Below, piece by piece: positions 1 through 7,683 of a stretch of DNA of 11,105 nt (its first letter is position 1; each line of letters starts with the position of its first letter). The stretch comes from Bdellovibrionales bacterium (GTDB taxonomy: Bacteria; Bdellovibrionota; Bdellovibrionia; Bdellovibrionales; UBA840). The stretch is from contig JBBKWS010000038.1 of the NCBI GenBank assembly GCA_037969075.1, positions 1 to 11,105 of the forward strand. Reading direction: 5' to 3'. A program made the position numbers and the translations under genes. The notes under the pieces were generated by a model, which had not been told where the DNA came from, ran no database searches, and saw nothing but the letters and a program-made list of their open reading frames with translations.

Positions 1-847
1 CCGTATTATAACCATTTCCAGGAGCATCAGAATTTCCAAATACAATCAATCTCCCCTCAGAATCAATCATAGCGCTATAAAAACTGTCATGACTATAACC
101 ATAGCCCCAAGCATCTAAAAATGGAGTTGAGAGTCCTGCCATAGTTTGTGAAAGGCTTCCAAGAATTTTTACGCCATTAGTTCCAAAACTAGTATCTAAA
201 GTTCCATTTGGCAAATAACGAACTAAAATGATTCGACTATAATAACTACCACCAGTGTAAGTAGCATCAGCGTCAAGTGAGCCATATGCCGAAGAAACAA
301 TAAGAATTCTACCTTGCGAATCTGTGTATATAAAACCAGGAGCTTCTTCTCTATAGTTAGCTGAATAAGAACTATATATTCCGTAACCATTTTCATCCAA
401 AATATTGAAACCAACGCCCACATTGAATCTTTGTCGAATGTCATAAGGACCGGTACATGCACTTGACCCTTTATTGTTTGTGGTTTTAGCCTTTAAATAA
501 ATATACTCTTCAAGGCCACCAGAATTGGCGTAAGAAAGATTTGGAAAGGTAAAAATATTACTTACTGAAGAAACTGTGCCCAGTGGATTTGTTAAAACCC
601 CAGGAGCTGCAGATGCACAAGAACTATTTTTATAAGCATAAAGATCTGCTCTGACATTGTCAGAGTTAAAAAGTGAAACATTAGATTTAAACTTTACATT
701 TTCAGAGAACGTTTCTGATGATTTAAACTCAGTTGGTGATGAAATAAGATCTAATGAAAAATTTTCGATCTTTAGAGAATTCTCTAAACACCCAGAAATT
801 GGAAGCATTGTTATAACAGCAATAACGACCCGTAAAATACTTCTCAT
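1..847 (-). CDS. Putative lipoprotein with delta-60 / DUF5122-type beta-propeller repeats (partial, continues past the left edge)
   Basis: Manual translation from ATG at 847 stays open to position 2 (282 codons): MRSILRVVIAVITMLPISGC|LENSLKIENF... It has a lipobox-like ISGC (Cys20) and repeat-type segments YTDSQGRILIV, LVRYLPNGTLDTSFGTNG and IDSEGRLIVFG. No stop codon lies in the window, which is probably why the ORF track omits it. Confidence 0.85.
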   Translation of the reverse strand, partial: MRSILRVVIAVITMLPISGCLENSLKIENFSLDLISSPTEFKSSETFSENVKFKSNVSLFNSDNVRADLYAYKNSSCASAAPGVLTNPLGTVSSVSNIFTFPNLSYANSGGLEEYIYLKAKTTNNKGSSACTGPYDIRQRFNVGVGFNILDENGYGIYSSYSANYREEAPGFIYTDSQGRILIVSSAYGSLDADATYTGGSYYSRIILVRYLPNGTLDTSFGTNGVKILGSLSQTMAGLSTPFLDAWGYGYSHDSFYSAMIDSEGRLIVFGNSDAPGNGYNT

Positions 848-854
848 AATCTAT

Positions 855-881
855 CTATCGGACAAAGGTCTGGGCCACTTA
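855..881 (-). promoter_or_regulatory. Sigma28 (FliA)-type promoter, TAAG-N15-TCCGATAG
   Basis: Minus strand reads TAAG tggcccagacctttg TCCGATAG atagatt ATG. The consensus is TAAA-N15-GCCGATAA, and the 15-nt spacer matches exactly. Confidence 0.65.
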
Positions 882-924
882 AATATATAATAATACAGCA
901 TTATATTGGTTTTAAGCGTAACAA

Positions 925-965
925 AATGGGAAAATAAAGGATGCGCCGTCGCCCCCCCCAGCGCA
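925..965 (-). terminator. Possible intrinsic terminator after mgsA
   Basis: Directly after the TAG, the minus strand reads TGCGCTG-GGGGGGGCGA-CGGCGCA (7-bp stem with one G-U pair), followed by T-rich TCCTTTATTTTCCCATTTT. Confidence 0.4.
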
Positions 966-1349
966 CTATCTTAAGAGCTTCTTATGTAGCCCCTTAATAA
1001 TCAGCTGCGCTGTAGATGGATTTGTTGCAAGCGGAATATCATGTACCTCGCAAATACGAAGCAAGGTTGAGATATCGGGATCGTGCGGATGCATACCCAA
1101 GGGATCACGCATAAAAATCACAGCTTGGCATTTACCTGTAGCAACGAGGGATGCAATCTGTACATCTCCACCAAGTGGGCCTGATAAAAGCCTTTTAACC
1201 TTTAAGCCCGTCTCTTGGATGTGTTTACCGGTTGTTGCTGTCGCTACCAATTGAAAAGATTTAAATATATTTACATGTTCATTAACAAATGAAATAAGCT
1301 CTGCTTTTTTTCCATCATGGGCGATCAAGGCTACCGTTTTCTTTTTCAT
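966..1349 (-). CDS. mgsA: Methylglyoxal synthase
   Basis: Motifs ALIAHDGKK, ATATTG, SGPLGGDVQI, RDPL..HPHDPDI..LLRICEVHDIPLATN. The start is placed at ATG 1349 (MKKKTVAL), with an AGGAG RBS at 1355-1359, rather than at 1409. Confidence 0.96.
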   Translation of the reverse strand: MKKKTVALIAHDGKKAELISFVNEHVNIFKSFQLVATATTGKHIQETGLKVKRLLSGPLGGDVQIASLVATGKCQAVIFMRDPLGMHPHDPDISTLLRICEVHDIPLATNPSTAQLIIKGLHKKLLR

Positions 1350-1407
1350 AAAAACTCCTGGTAGCCTAATAATAGTAAATTTACATAAAATTAAAACCAA
1401 TTTAGAC

Positions 1408-1438
1408 AAAAAAAATCAGGAACTAGTCCTGATTTTTT
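1408..1438 (-). terminator. Intrinsic terminator of the DEAD-box helicase gene
   Basis: Perfect inverted repeat AAAAAATCAGGA-actag-TCCTGATTTTTT about 22 nt past the helicase stop, with an 8-T tract on the minus strand. Confidence 0.8.
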
Positions 1439-1460
1439 ATTTATGAATTTTTTGTTTATA

Positions 1461-3089
1461 TTATGTAGATGGTCTATTTTCTTTTGGTCCTGATCTAGAA
1501 AATTTTCTCATGCCGCTTCCTTTGCCACCACCAAATCTCTTACTCTTGCCTTCACCGCCGCGTGTTCTGCGCTCTTCACTACCGCCTTCACCATCACGAC
1601 TAGCACTTCTGCCTTCAGCACGATATGGGCGACCTTCACTTGCAGGCCCATCACGACGACTGCCGCGACGATCTCCACGACGACCACCGCCGCCTTCTCT
1701 ACGTCCGCCGCCACCTTCACGACGACGACCACCACCACTACTCTCTCTTGCAACGCCACTAGTATTGATCATTGCTGATTTTGTAGTTTCACGGTCTTCA
1801 AAAATATCAGGAGATGAAAGTGCTAAAAATCTTCCTACCACTTCTTCCATAGTCATACCGGCTAAAGCCACTTGCCACTCGGCACCTACATGCTCCATAG
1901 CTCTGTCATAAAACTTTTGATCTTGAAACTTAGTTAAGATTTGGTTTACTTTTTTAGCGCCGATGTCTTTACGAGTCGGAATCTTTCCTTCTTTCATCTT
2001 ACTCTTAGTCATCTGCTCAATACGACCAATCAAACCACGACCAGCAGGAGTAACTAAACTCATAGCGTAACCTGATTTACCACTCCTTGCTGTTCTTCCT
2101 ATACGGTGAACATAGCTATCTAGCTCTCTTGGAATTGAATAGTTTATTACATGAGTTACATCTTTTACATCGAGTCCTCGTGCCGCTACATCCGTACAAA
2201 CTAAAATGGTCACTTTGCGATTTCTAAATGCTAGCATTGTTCTCTCGCGTGCATTTTGATCTTTATCTCCATGCAAACTATCCACCTTGTAACCACGACT
2301 AGTTAAGAAGTGAGAAAGGTCTGTTACCAACGATTTCGTCTGACAAAAAATAACTCCATAAAAATCTTCAGCCGCCTCGATTAACTTACAAAGAACTTCA
2401 GGCTTATCGGATTCACGAGTGATATAATATAATTGCTCAACACTTGAAGATAACATTTCTGTACGATTCACTTGTACTTGCTGTGGAGCTTTTAGGTAAG
2501 TGTCCGCAACTCTACGAATCTCTCTGCTCATTGTTGCAGAGAATAACCAAATTTTAGAATTCTCTCTTGGAGCCGCTTCTAAAATTGTTTCTAGGTCTTC
2601 TTTAAATCCCATAGAAATCATTTCATCTGCTTCATCTAGTATTAGTGTAGTCAATTTATCTAACTTTAAAGTACCGCGCTTCATGTGATCAATCACACGG
2701 CCAGGAGTTCCAACGACAACTTTTGCACCCATTTTTAGTCCAAAAATTTGATCATCATATCTAGCACCACCATAAATAGGTAGAGCTTTTACTTTATTAT
2801 ATTTACCCAGTAGATCAATTTGACCAGCAACCTGTAGAGCCAACTCACGAGTTGGACATAAAATTAAACATTGAACAGCCTTTAAATCTGAATCAATTTT
2901 TTCAAGCATTGGAATCGCAAATGCTGCTGTTTTACCAGTTCCTGTTGCTGCAAGACCAATGAAATCAGTATCATCACCTAATAAAATAGGTAAAGCTTGT
3001 TGTTGAATCGGACTTGGGGTTTCGTAGCCTAGCTCTGTAATGGCTCTTTTTATAGGTGCACTTAATTCTAATTCATCGAATGATTTCAA
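1461..3089 (-). CDS. deaD: ATP-dependent DEAD-box RNA helicase (DeaD/CshA-like) with Arg/Gly-rich C-terminal tail
   Basis: Q motif (GYETPSPIQ), GTGKT, PTRELA, TPGR, DEAD, SAT, ARGLD and HRIGRTAR. TTG start with AGGAGA RBS at 3094-3099. The family call is firm; the exact ortholog (deaD versus cshA) is less certain. Confidence 0.93.
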   Translation of the reverse strand: MKSFDELELSAPIKRAITELGYETPSPIQQQALPILLGDDTDFIGLAATGTGKTAAFAIPMLEKIDSDLKAVQCLILCPTRELALQVAGQIDLLGKYNKVKALPIYGGARYDDQIFGLKMGAKVVVGTPGRVIDHMKRGTLKLDKLTTLILDEADEMISMGFKEDLETILEAAPRENSKIWLFSATMSREIRRVADTYLKAPQQVQVNRTEMLSSSVEQLYYITRESDKPEVLCKLIEAAEDFYGVIFCQTKSLVTDLSHFLTSRGYKVDSLHGDKDQNARERTMLAFRNRKVTILVCTDVAARGLDVKDVTHVINYSIPRELDSYVHRIGRTARSGKSGYAMSLVTPAGRGLIGRIEQMTKSKMKEGKIPTRKDIGAKKVNQILTKFQDQKFYDRAMEHVGAEWQVALAGMTMEEVVGRFLALSSPDIFEDRETTKSAMINTSGVARESSGGGRRREGGGGRREGGGGRRGDRRGSRRDGPASEGRPYRAEGRSASRDGEGGSEERRTRGGEGKSKRFGGGKGSGMRKFSRSGPKENRPST

Positions 3090-3183
3090 TCTGTCTCCTG
3101 GACAAGGGTTATTTTAAAAGCCCCCTTGGAGAGAAAATTCTCGATCGAAAGAAGCTACCATTAACTTTTGTTAAAGTGGCCGG

Positions 3184-3212
3184 ACACTACCACAGCGTAT
3201 TTTGAAAAGCTA
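3184..3212 (-). promoter_or_regulatory. Candidate sigma70 promoter for the helicase (extended -10)
   Basis: Minus strand TAGCTT-N17-TAGTGT, with TG-n directly upstream of the -10 element. Confidence 0.35.
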
Positions 3213-3311
3213 ATTATTTACGCAAATAAACTAGCTCAACTCAAAAAAATACAAACAAGTACTGTAATATCCTCGTTAAAACAGTAGGTTAACACACATC
3301 CAAGGAGCACC

Positions 3312-3848
3312 ATGAAATATCAAGAAGTTCTTACATTTTGGTTTAAAGAGACAAGCCCTGCTCAAAAATTCAAAAAAGATGAGGCTTTTGACCAACTCAT
3401 TAAGGAGAAATTTGAGATCACACTAAGGGCCGCCACTAAAGGCGACCTAATACCTTGGCGCCAAAATATTTACGGCAGATTGGCTGAAATTATTGTATTA
3501 GATCAGTTTTCTAGAAATATATATAGAGATACGCCGCAAGCCTTTTCACAAGACGACATGGCACTAGAACTTTCTTACGCCGCTATAGAGTTAGATCACA
3601 AAGATCTAACCGCTAAGGAAAAGCAGTTTTTATATATGCCGTTTATGCATAGCGAGTCCCTTGAGGCACATCAAAAAGCAATCGAGCTGTATTCACAGCC
3701 AGGGCTAGAAGAAGTTTTAACGTTTGAACTGATGCATAAGAAAATCATCGATAAATTCGGTAGATATCCGCATCGAAACAAGATTTTAGGAAGAATTTCT
3801 ACTACCGAAGAAATAGATTTTCTAAAACAAGAAAATTCTTCATTCTAA
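3312..3848 (+). CDS. DUF924 family protein
   Basis: Motifs VLTFWF, FDQLIKEKF, LAEIIVLDQFSRNIYRDT, FLYMPFMHSE, H..II.KFGRYPHRN.ILGR.ST.EE. AGGAG RBS at 3303-3307. Confidence 0.93.
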   Translation: MKYQEVLTFWFKETSPAQKFKKDEAFDQLIKEKFEITLRAATKGDLIPWRQNIYGRLAEIIVLDQFSRNIYRDTPQAFSQDDMALELSYAAIELDHKDLTAKEKQFLYMPFMHSESLEAHQKAIELYSQPGLEEVLTFELMHKKIIDKFGRYPHRNKILGRISTTEEIDFLKQENSSF

Positions 3849-3881
3849 ATCTTTTGATCTATAATAAGATTGGGTAAAAAC

Positions 3882-3910
3882 TTGCTATTTTTAGCGAGCC
3901 TTCGTATAAG
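3882..3910 (+). promoter_or_regulatory. Sigma70 promoter for the ABC-F gene
   Basis: TTGCTA-N17-TATAAG, ending 29 nt before ATG 3940. Confidence 0.55.
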
Positions 3911-3939
3911 AAGTTTTATTCTTATTGGTTAGGTTATAT

Positions 3940-5538
3940 ATGATTAGCACTTCGAATATTAGTTTACAGTTTGGCGGCAGAAAATTATTTGTAGATGTAA
4001 ATGTGAAATTTACCCCTGGAAATTGCTATGGACTAATCGGCGCCAACGGAGCCGGAAAATCTACGTTTTTAAAAATTCTCTCTAAAGAGATTGAACCTAC
4101 CACTGGCGAAGTTCATATTGCCCCTAACTTAAGATTATCTGTATTAAAGCAAGATCATTATGCATTTGATGAATTCACTGTTTTACAAACTGTACTAAAA
4201 GGAAATGAACAGCTTTTTAAAATCATGGAAGAGCGCGAAATTTTATACGCAAAACCTGAAATGACTGAATCTGATGGAATGCGAGCCTCTGATCTTGAAA
4301 TGACCTTTGCAGAGCTAAACGGATGGGAAGCAGAAGCAGAAGCCGGAACAATGCTTGCTGGCCTTGGTATTGATGAATCTATACATCAGAAAAAAATGAA
4401 AGAGCTTGTTGGCGGAGAAAAGGTAAAAGTTTTACTAGCTCAAGCACTTTTCGGTCATCCAGATATATTGCTTCTGGATGAGCCAACCAATCATTTAGAT
4501 ATATATGCTATTAACTGGCTTGAGGATTTTTTATCTAAGTTTCAAAATACTGTTATTGTAATTTCTCATGATAGATACTTTCTTAACAAAGTCTGCTCAC
4601 ATATTGCAGATATTGATTTTGGCAAAGTAACTACGTTCTCTGGAAACTATGATTTTTGGCGCGAAGCGAGTGAATTAAATCAACGCTTACTTTCAAATCA
4701 AAATAAAAAAGCCAGTGAAAAGGCAGATGAACTAAAGGCCTTCATTCAGCGCTTTAGTGCTAATGCTTCAAAATCTAGACAAGCCTCATCTAGACAGAAA
4801 CAATTAGAAAAATTAGAATTTGCTGATATGCCTCTATCTTCTAGAAAGCAACCTTTTGTCGGATTTGAGCCAGCGAGAGAGTTAGGCAATGATGTACTAG
4901 AGGTAAAAAATCTTTCTAAAACTATCGACGGCGAGCTTGTTTTAGATAAAGTTAGTTTCATGGTTCAAAACGGTGATAAAATTGCACTCGTTGGAAAAAA
5001 TGATTTAGCTAAAACTGCCCTGATGGATATCTTAGCCGGAGAAATGAAACCTGATGCAGGTTCTTTTACCTGGGGTATTACAACCTCATTAAGCTATTTT
5101 CCAACAGATAATTCAAAATACTTTGATGGCGGCGAAGACACTCTTGTCGATTGGCTAAGACAGTACTCTACAGAAAAAGACGAGTCTTTTATCAGAGGTT
5201 TTTTAGGTAAAATGCTTTTTAGCGGACATGAAGCCCTTAAAAAAACCAATGTTTTATCCGGAGGAGAAAAGGTTCGCTGTATGCTTTCTAAAATGATGTT
5301 ATCTGGGGCCAACGTGATCATGCTTGATGGGCCGACCAATCATCTAGATTTAGAAAGCATTTCTTCTGTAAATGATGGCATTAAACGCTTTAAAGGTAAT
5401 GTGATATTTACGTCACACGATCATGAATTCATACAGACGGTTGCCAATCGAATCATTGAGATTGATAAAACTATCACTTATGACGAACATACTACTTATG
5501 ATGAGTATGTAGATAGAAAAAAACCGAATACAAAATAA
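3940..5538 (+). CDS. ybiT: ABC-F family ATP-binding protein (YbiT/YkpA-like ribosome-associated ATPase)
   Basis: Two ABC domains and no transmembrane segments. N-terminal GNCYGLIGANGAGKST, LLLDEPTNHLD, linker FIQRFSANASKSRQASSR typical of YbiT-like proteins, and LSGGEKVR. Start taken at ATG 3940 (MISTSNISLQFG). Confidence 0.92.
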   Translation: MISTSNISLQFGGRKLFVDVNVKFTPGNCYGLIGANGAGKSTFLKILSKEIEPTTGEVHIAPNLRLSVLKQDHYAFDEFTVLQTVLKGNEQLFKIMEEREILYAKPEMTESDGMRASDLEMTFAELNGWEAEAEAGTMLAGLGIDESIHQKKMKELVGGEKVKVLLAQALFGHPDILLLDEPTNHLDIYAINWLEDFLSKFQNTVIVISHDRYFLNKVCSHIADIDFGKVTTFSGNYDFWREASELNQRLLSNQNKKASEKADELKAFIQRFSANASKSRQASSRQKQLEKLEFADMPLSSRKQPFVGFEPARELGNDVLEVKNLSKTIDGELVLDKVSFMVQNGDKIALVGKNDLAKTALMDILAGEMKPDAGSFTWGITTSLSYFPTDNSKYFDGGEDTLVDWLRQYSTEKDESFIRGFLGKMLFSGHEALKKTNVLSGGEKVRCMLSKMMLSGANVIMLDGPTNHLDLESISSVNDGIKRFKGNVIFTSHDHEFIQTVANRIIEIDKTITYDEHTTYDEYVDRKKPNTK

Positions 5539-6486
5539 TTAAAAAATAAAATCAAAAGACATGCTAATCCCTAGCTTACCGCTAAAGCTTCTATCCTCAC
5601 TCCAGATTAGGTAGGGAGTAAAGCTATAGTGAATTATATTCTGATACCACCGATGACTAAAACTTGATGCAAAAGTATATCTTTCTAAATGGTACGCAGG
5701 TCTACGCCCGTATTCAAAGTTAAGGCTATAACTTTGTGACATTGAATCATTATACGGATGGCTTAAAGCCAGTCCATGGGTCACACTTAACAAGTGGTTT
5801 GTGTTTTCATACTGTTCTTCATTTAAAAATGAAAGAGTAAAAATTTTTCCCAGGGGTATATCCCAGTTAATAGCTGCAAATTGCCCTGCTCCAGTATCTG
5901 ATCTACCGAAAAACTCAAGCCTAGGTTTAAATAATAACCTACCGACTTGTTTTTTTCTTTCAAAGCGCAGTAAAAAAGACGTAGTAACAGTATCCTTAAA
6001 CTCGACCTTAGGTCGAAATGTAACATCTAATTTTCCCAGCTTCTGCAATAAGATTAAACTGACGCCATATTTTTCCTCAGGAGCTGTATTTTTTAAACGG
6101 TTTTTATTTATCCCACGCTCTTGACTATCTTCATCATAACTAGTGAAACGCAATTTCCATTTTTTTTCTAAATTAGGTAAGTGTAGGCTTATACTGACGT
6201 TTGGTTTATAAGTGATATCAGAACCATCTACCCAATCTAGCCTGTTGGTTATAGTTAAATCTGTCTCATTTTTATCATCCGTATTAACTCCACCTGTAAA
6301 AAAATGATCTAAAATTGTAGCTGTTTTATCCAACTCCCCTGAAATTATTTTGTTTTTCTTAATCATTCGATTTTCAAAGGATTCTTCAGCAGACCCAGCA
6401 GCCTTTTTATCATTACTAGCCGCCTGCGCAGAACCAACGTTACTAATAAGTAGTATATAAAATATAAGAAATAGAGAAGTTTTCAT
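5539..6486 (-). CDS. Hypothetical exported protein, probable outer-membrane beta-barrel
   Basis: Sec signal peptide ending ...GSAQA, amphipathic beta-strand-like segments, and a C-terminal aromatic motif (GISMSFDFIF) resembling a BAM beta-signal. Confidence 0.7.
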   Translation of the reverse strand: MKTSLFLIFYILLISNVGSAQAASNDKKAAGSAEESFENRMIKKNKIISGELDKTATILDHFFTGGVNTDDKNETDLTITNRLDWVDGSDITYKPNVSISLHLPNLEKKWKLRFTSYDEDSQERGINKNRLKNTAPEEKYGVSLILLQKLGKLDVTFRPKVEFKDTVTTSFLLRFERKKQVGRLLFKPRLEFFGRSDTGAGQFAAINWDIPLGKIFTLSFLNEEQYENTNHLLSVTHGLALSHPYNDSMSQSYSLNFEYGRRPAYHLERYTFASSFSHRWYQNIIHYSFTPYLIWSEDRSFSGKLGISMSFDFIF

Positions 6487-6532
6487 TTTAGTATGAAAAA
6501 CATAGCATCCTAAGGATTAAATATCTATATTT

Positions 6533-7135
6533 ATGAAGATGTTGAAAGTTAGAATTTATATTTTTATAATGATTACCTTGTTATCTGAGACCGGCTGGGC
6601 GCATGAGTCTCAAAGAGGTAAGGCAATGGCAACAGCTGGTCCCTACACTTATCAAACAAAAACTGACATAGACGATCACTCCCCTGTTTTAGGTGGCTTT
6701 ACCCTACTTGCAGAGGGCGGAGTTGATAAAAATGGTGGCGTTGAGCTTGGAATGACTTACCTACATAAAATATACTACCGCAAATCAGAAGGCCATATTA
6801 TTGCAGAGAAATTAAAGAGAATGCATATGACCGTAGGATATAGGCATTGGTTTAACTCTATCTTCTCAATGGGTCTGGCTTATTATTCATCTTATGCCAT
6901 GGGTGACCCAAGCATTATTCATAATGATTTTATCGGCCCGCCAATTTATACAAGCGCGCACAAAGTGACTGAAACTGGTTTTGATATATCCCTACAGGCC
7001 GAAGTCTACAGAACAAACAGATTCACAATTGTTACTGACCTTAGATATTCTTACTCACTATCTGCAAGATCAGGAGAAGATGCTGACGTGATGGGTATCG
7101 TAATTGGCTACAAGAGAGAGGTTGATGCTAATTAA
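6533..7135 (+). CDS. Hypothetical exported protein, probable small outer-membrane beta-barrel
   Basis: Signal peptide ending ...TGWA and Gly/Tyr-rich alternating strands (VELGMTY, MTVGYRHWF, TDLRYSYS, GIVIGYK). The start could instead be the second Met at 6539. Confidence 0.65.
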   Translation: MKMLKVRIYIFIMITLLSETGWAHESQRGKAMATAGPYTYQTKTDIDDHSPVLGGFTLLAEGGVDKNGGVELGMTYLHKIYYRKSEGHIIAEKLKRMHMTVGYRHWFNSIFSMGLAYYSSYAMGDPSIIHNDFIGPPIYTSAHKVTETGFDISLQAEVYRTNRFTIVTDLRYSYSLSARSGEDADVMGIVIGYKREVDAN

Positions 7136-7136
7136 T

Positions 7137-7610
7137 TTACTTTTGATTTTTATCTAATTTAATTGGTAAGCCAGAAGCCTCCCAAGTAAGAGTTTGATAC
7201 GCATGATTTCTAACTTTTTTAGAAATCACTTCCACATCAACAATCGCAGTACAAGCATCGTAAACCGCTAAGAATGCTAATTTAAGTAAAGCCTCTTCTT
7301 TGTCTTCGCAATCACTTGCTATTAATTTTGGTCTATTGCGCCTCATCAGCCTAGTTTCTTTTGTCTGCGACTTTGAATACACAGGAAAATCCTTGGCTTT
7401 ATCTAAGAGCGCGTTATAAATATCTAGATCTGGTCTTACATGGACATCAAAGCAAGTGGGACAATATGTAGTTTTAGTTAAAGTAACTTTCGGCATAAAA
7501 GCGAAGTCGTCGTCTGCCAAAAATTCCGCGCAAGACTTACACACTGGAGCGCTACATTCTCCGCACGACAGACCAGCCTTAGCTGTTAAACAAACGCTAC
7601 AGGCTGACAT
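7137..7610 (-). CDS. Hypothetical protein with N-terminal 8-Cys zinc finger and C-terminal YbjQ/UPF0145-like region
   Basis: C-x2-C-x8-C-x2-C-x4-C-x2-C-x22-C-x2-C from ATG 7610. The C-terminal KEEALLKLAFLA...AIVDVEV...WEASG resembles heavy-metal-binding YbjQ-type domains by eye. The start is uncertain (7610 versus TTG 7655). Confidence 0.7.
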   Translation of the reverse strand: MSACSVCLTAKAGLSCGECSAPVCKSCAEFLADDDFAFMPKVTLTKTTYCPTCFDVHVRPDLDIYNALLDKAKDFPVYSKSQTKETRLMRRNRPKLIASDCEDKEEALLKLAFLAVYDACTAIVDVEVISKKVRNHAYQTLTWEASGLPIKLDKNQK

Positions 7611-7683
7611 TGCGTATGGCTGCTTTTTCTTTAGTAAGATGTGTGCAAGAAGCAAAAGTTAAAATGGGCAGCACATACTTCAT
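7597..7683 (-). CDS. Candidate small ORF (28 aa) with lipoprotein-like signal
   Basis: AGGAG (7692-7696), an 8-nt spacer, then ATG. It translates as MKYVLPILTFASC|THLTKEKAAIRNVSL* and overlaps the downstream gene's first 14 nt. Confidence 0.45.
   Translation of the reverse strand: MKYVLPILTFASCTHLTKEKAAIRNVSL

Noticed and set aside
223..890. Track ORFs 223..462 (-) and 657..890 (+)
   Set aside because: They are alternative-frame or antisense shadows of the real 1..847 minus-strand gene.
1350..1409. 20-aa N-terminal extension of MgsA in the ORF track
   Set aside because: The TTG start touches the terminator, while ATG 1349 has an AGGAG RBS and matches the usual MgsA start.
1508..1911. Pro-rich 133-aa (+) and Val-rich 83-aa (-) ORFs
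   Set aside because: They are by-products of the GC-rich Gly/Arg codons of the helicase tail, and have no RBS or independent motifs.
3260..3286. TACTGT-N15-ACAGTA as a LexA/SOS box upstream of the DUF924 gene
   Set aside because: The enteric-type box is CTGT-N8-ACAG, so the 15-nt spacing does not fit. It could be chance or another operator.
7611..7660. Programmed -1 frameshift joining the 28-aa ORF to the zinc-finger gene
   Set aside because: The frames differ by +1, not -1, and no in-frame X XXY YYZ heptamer is present.
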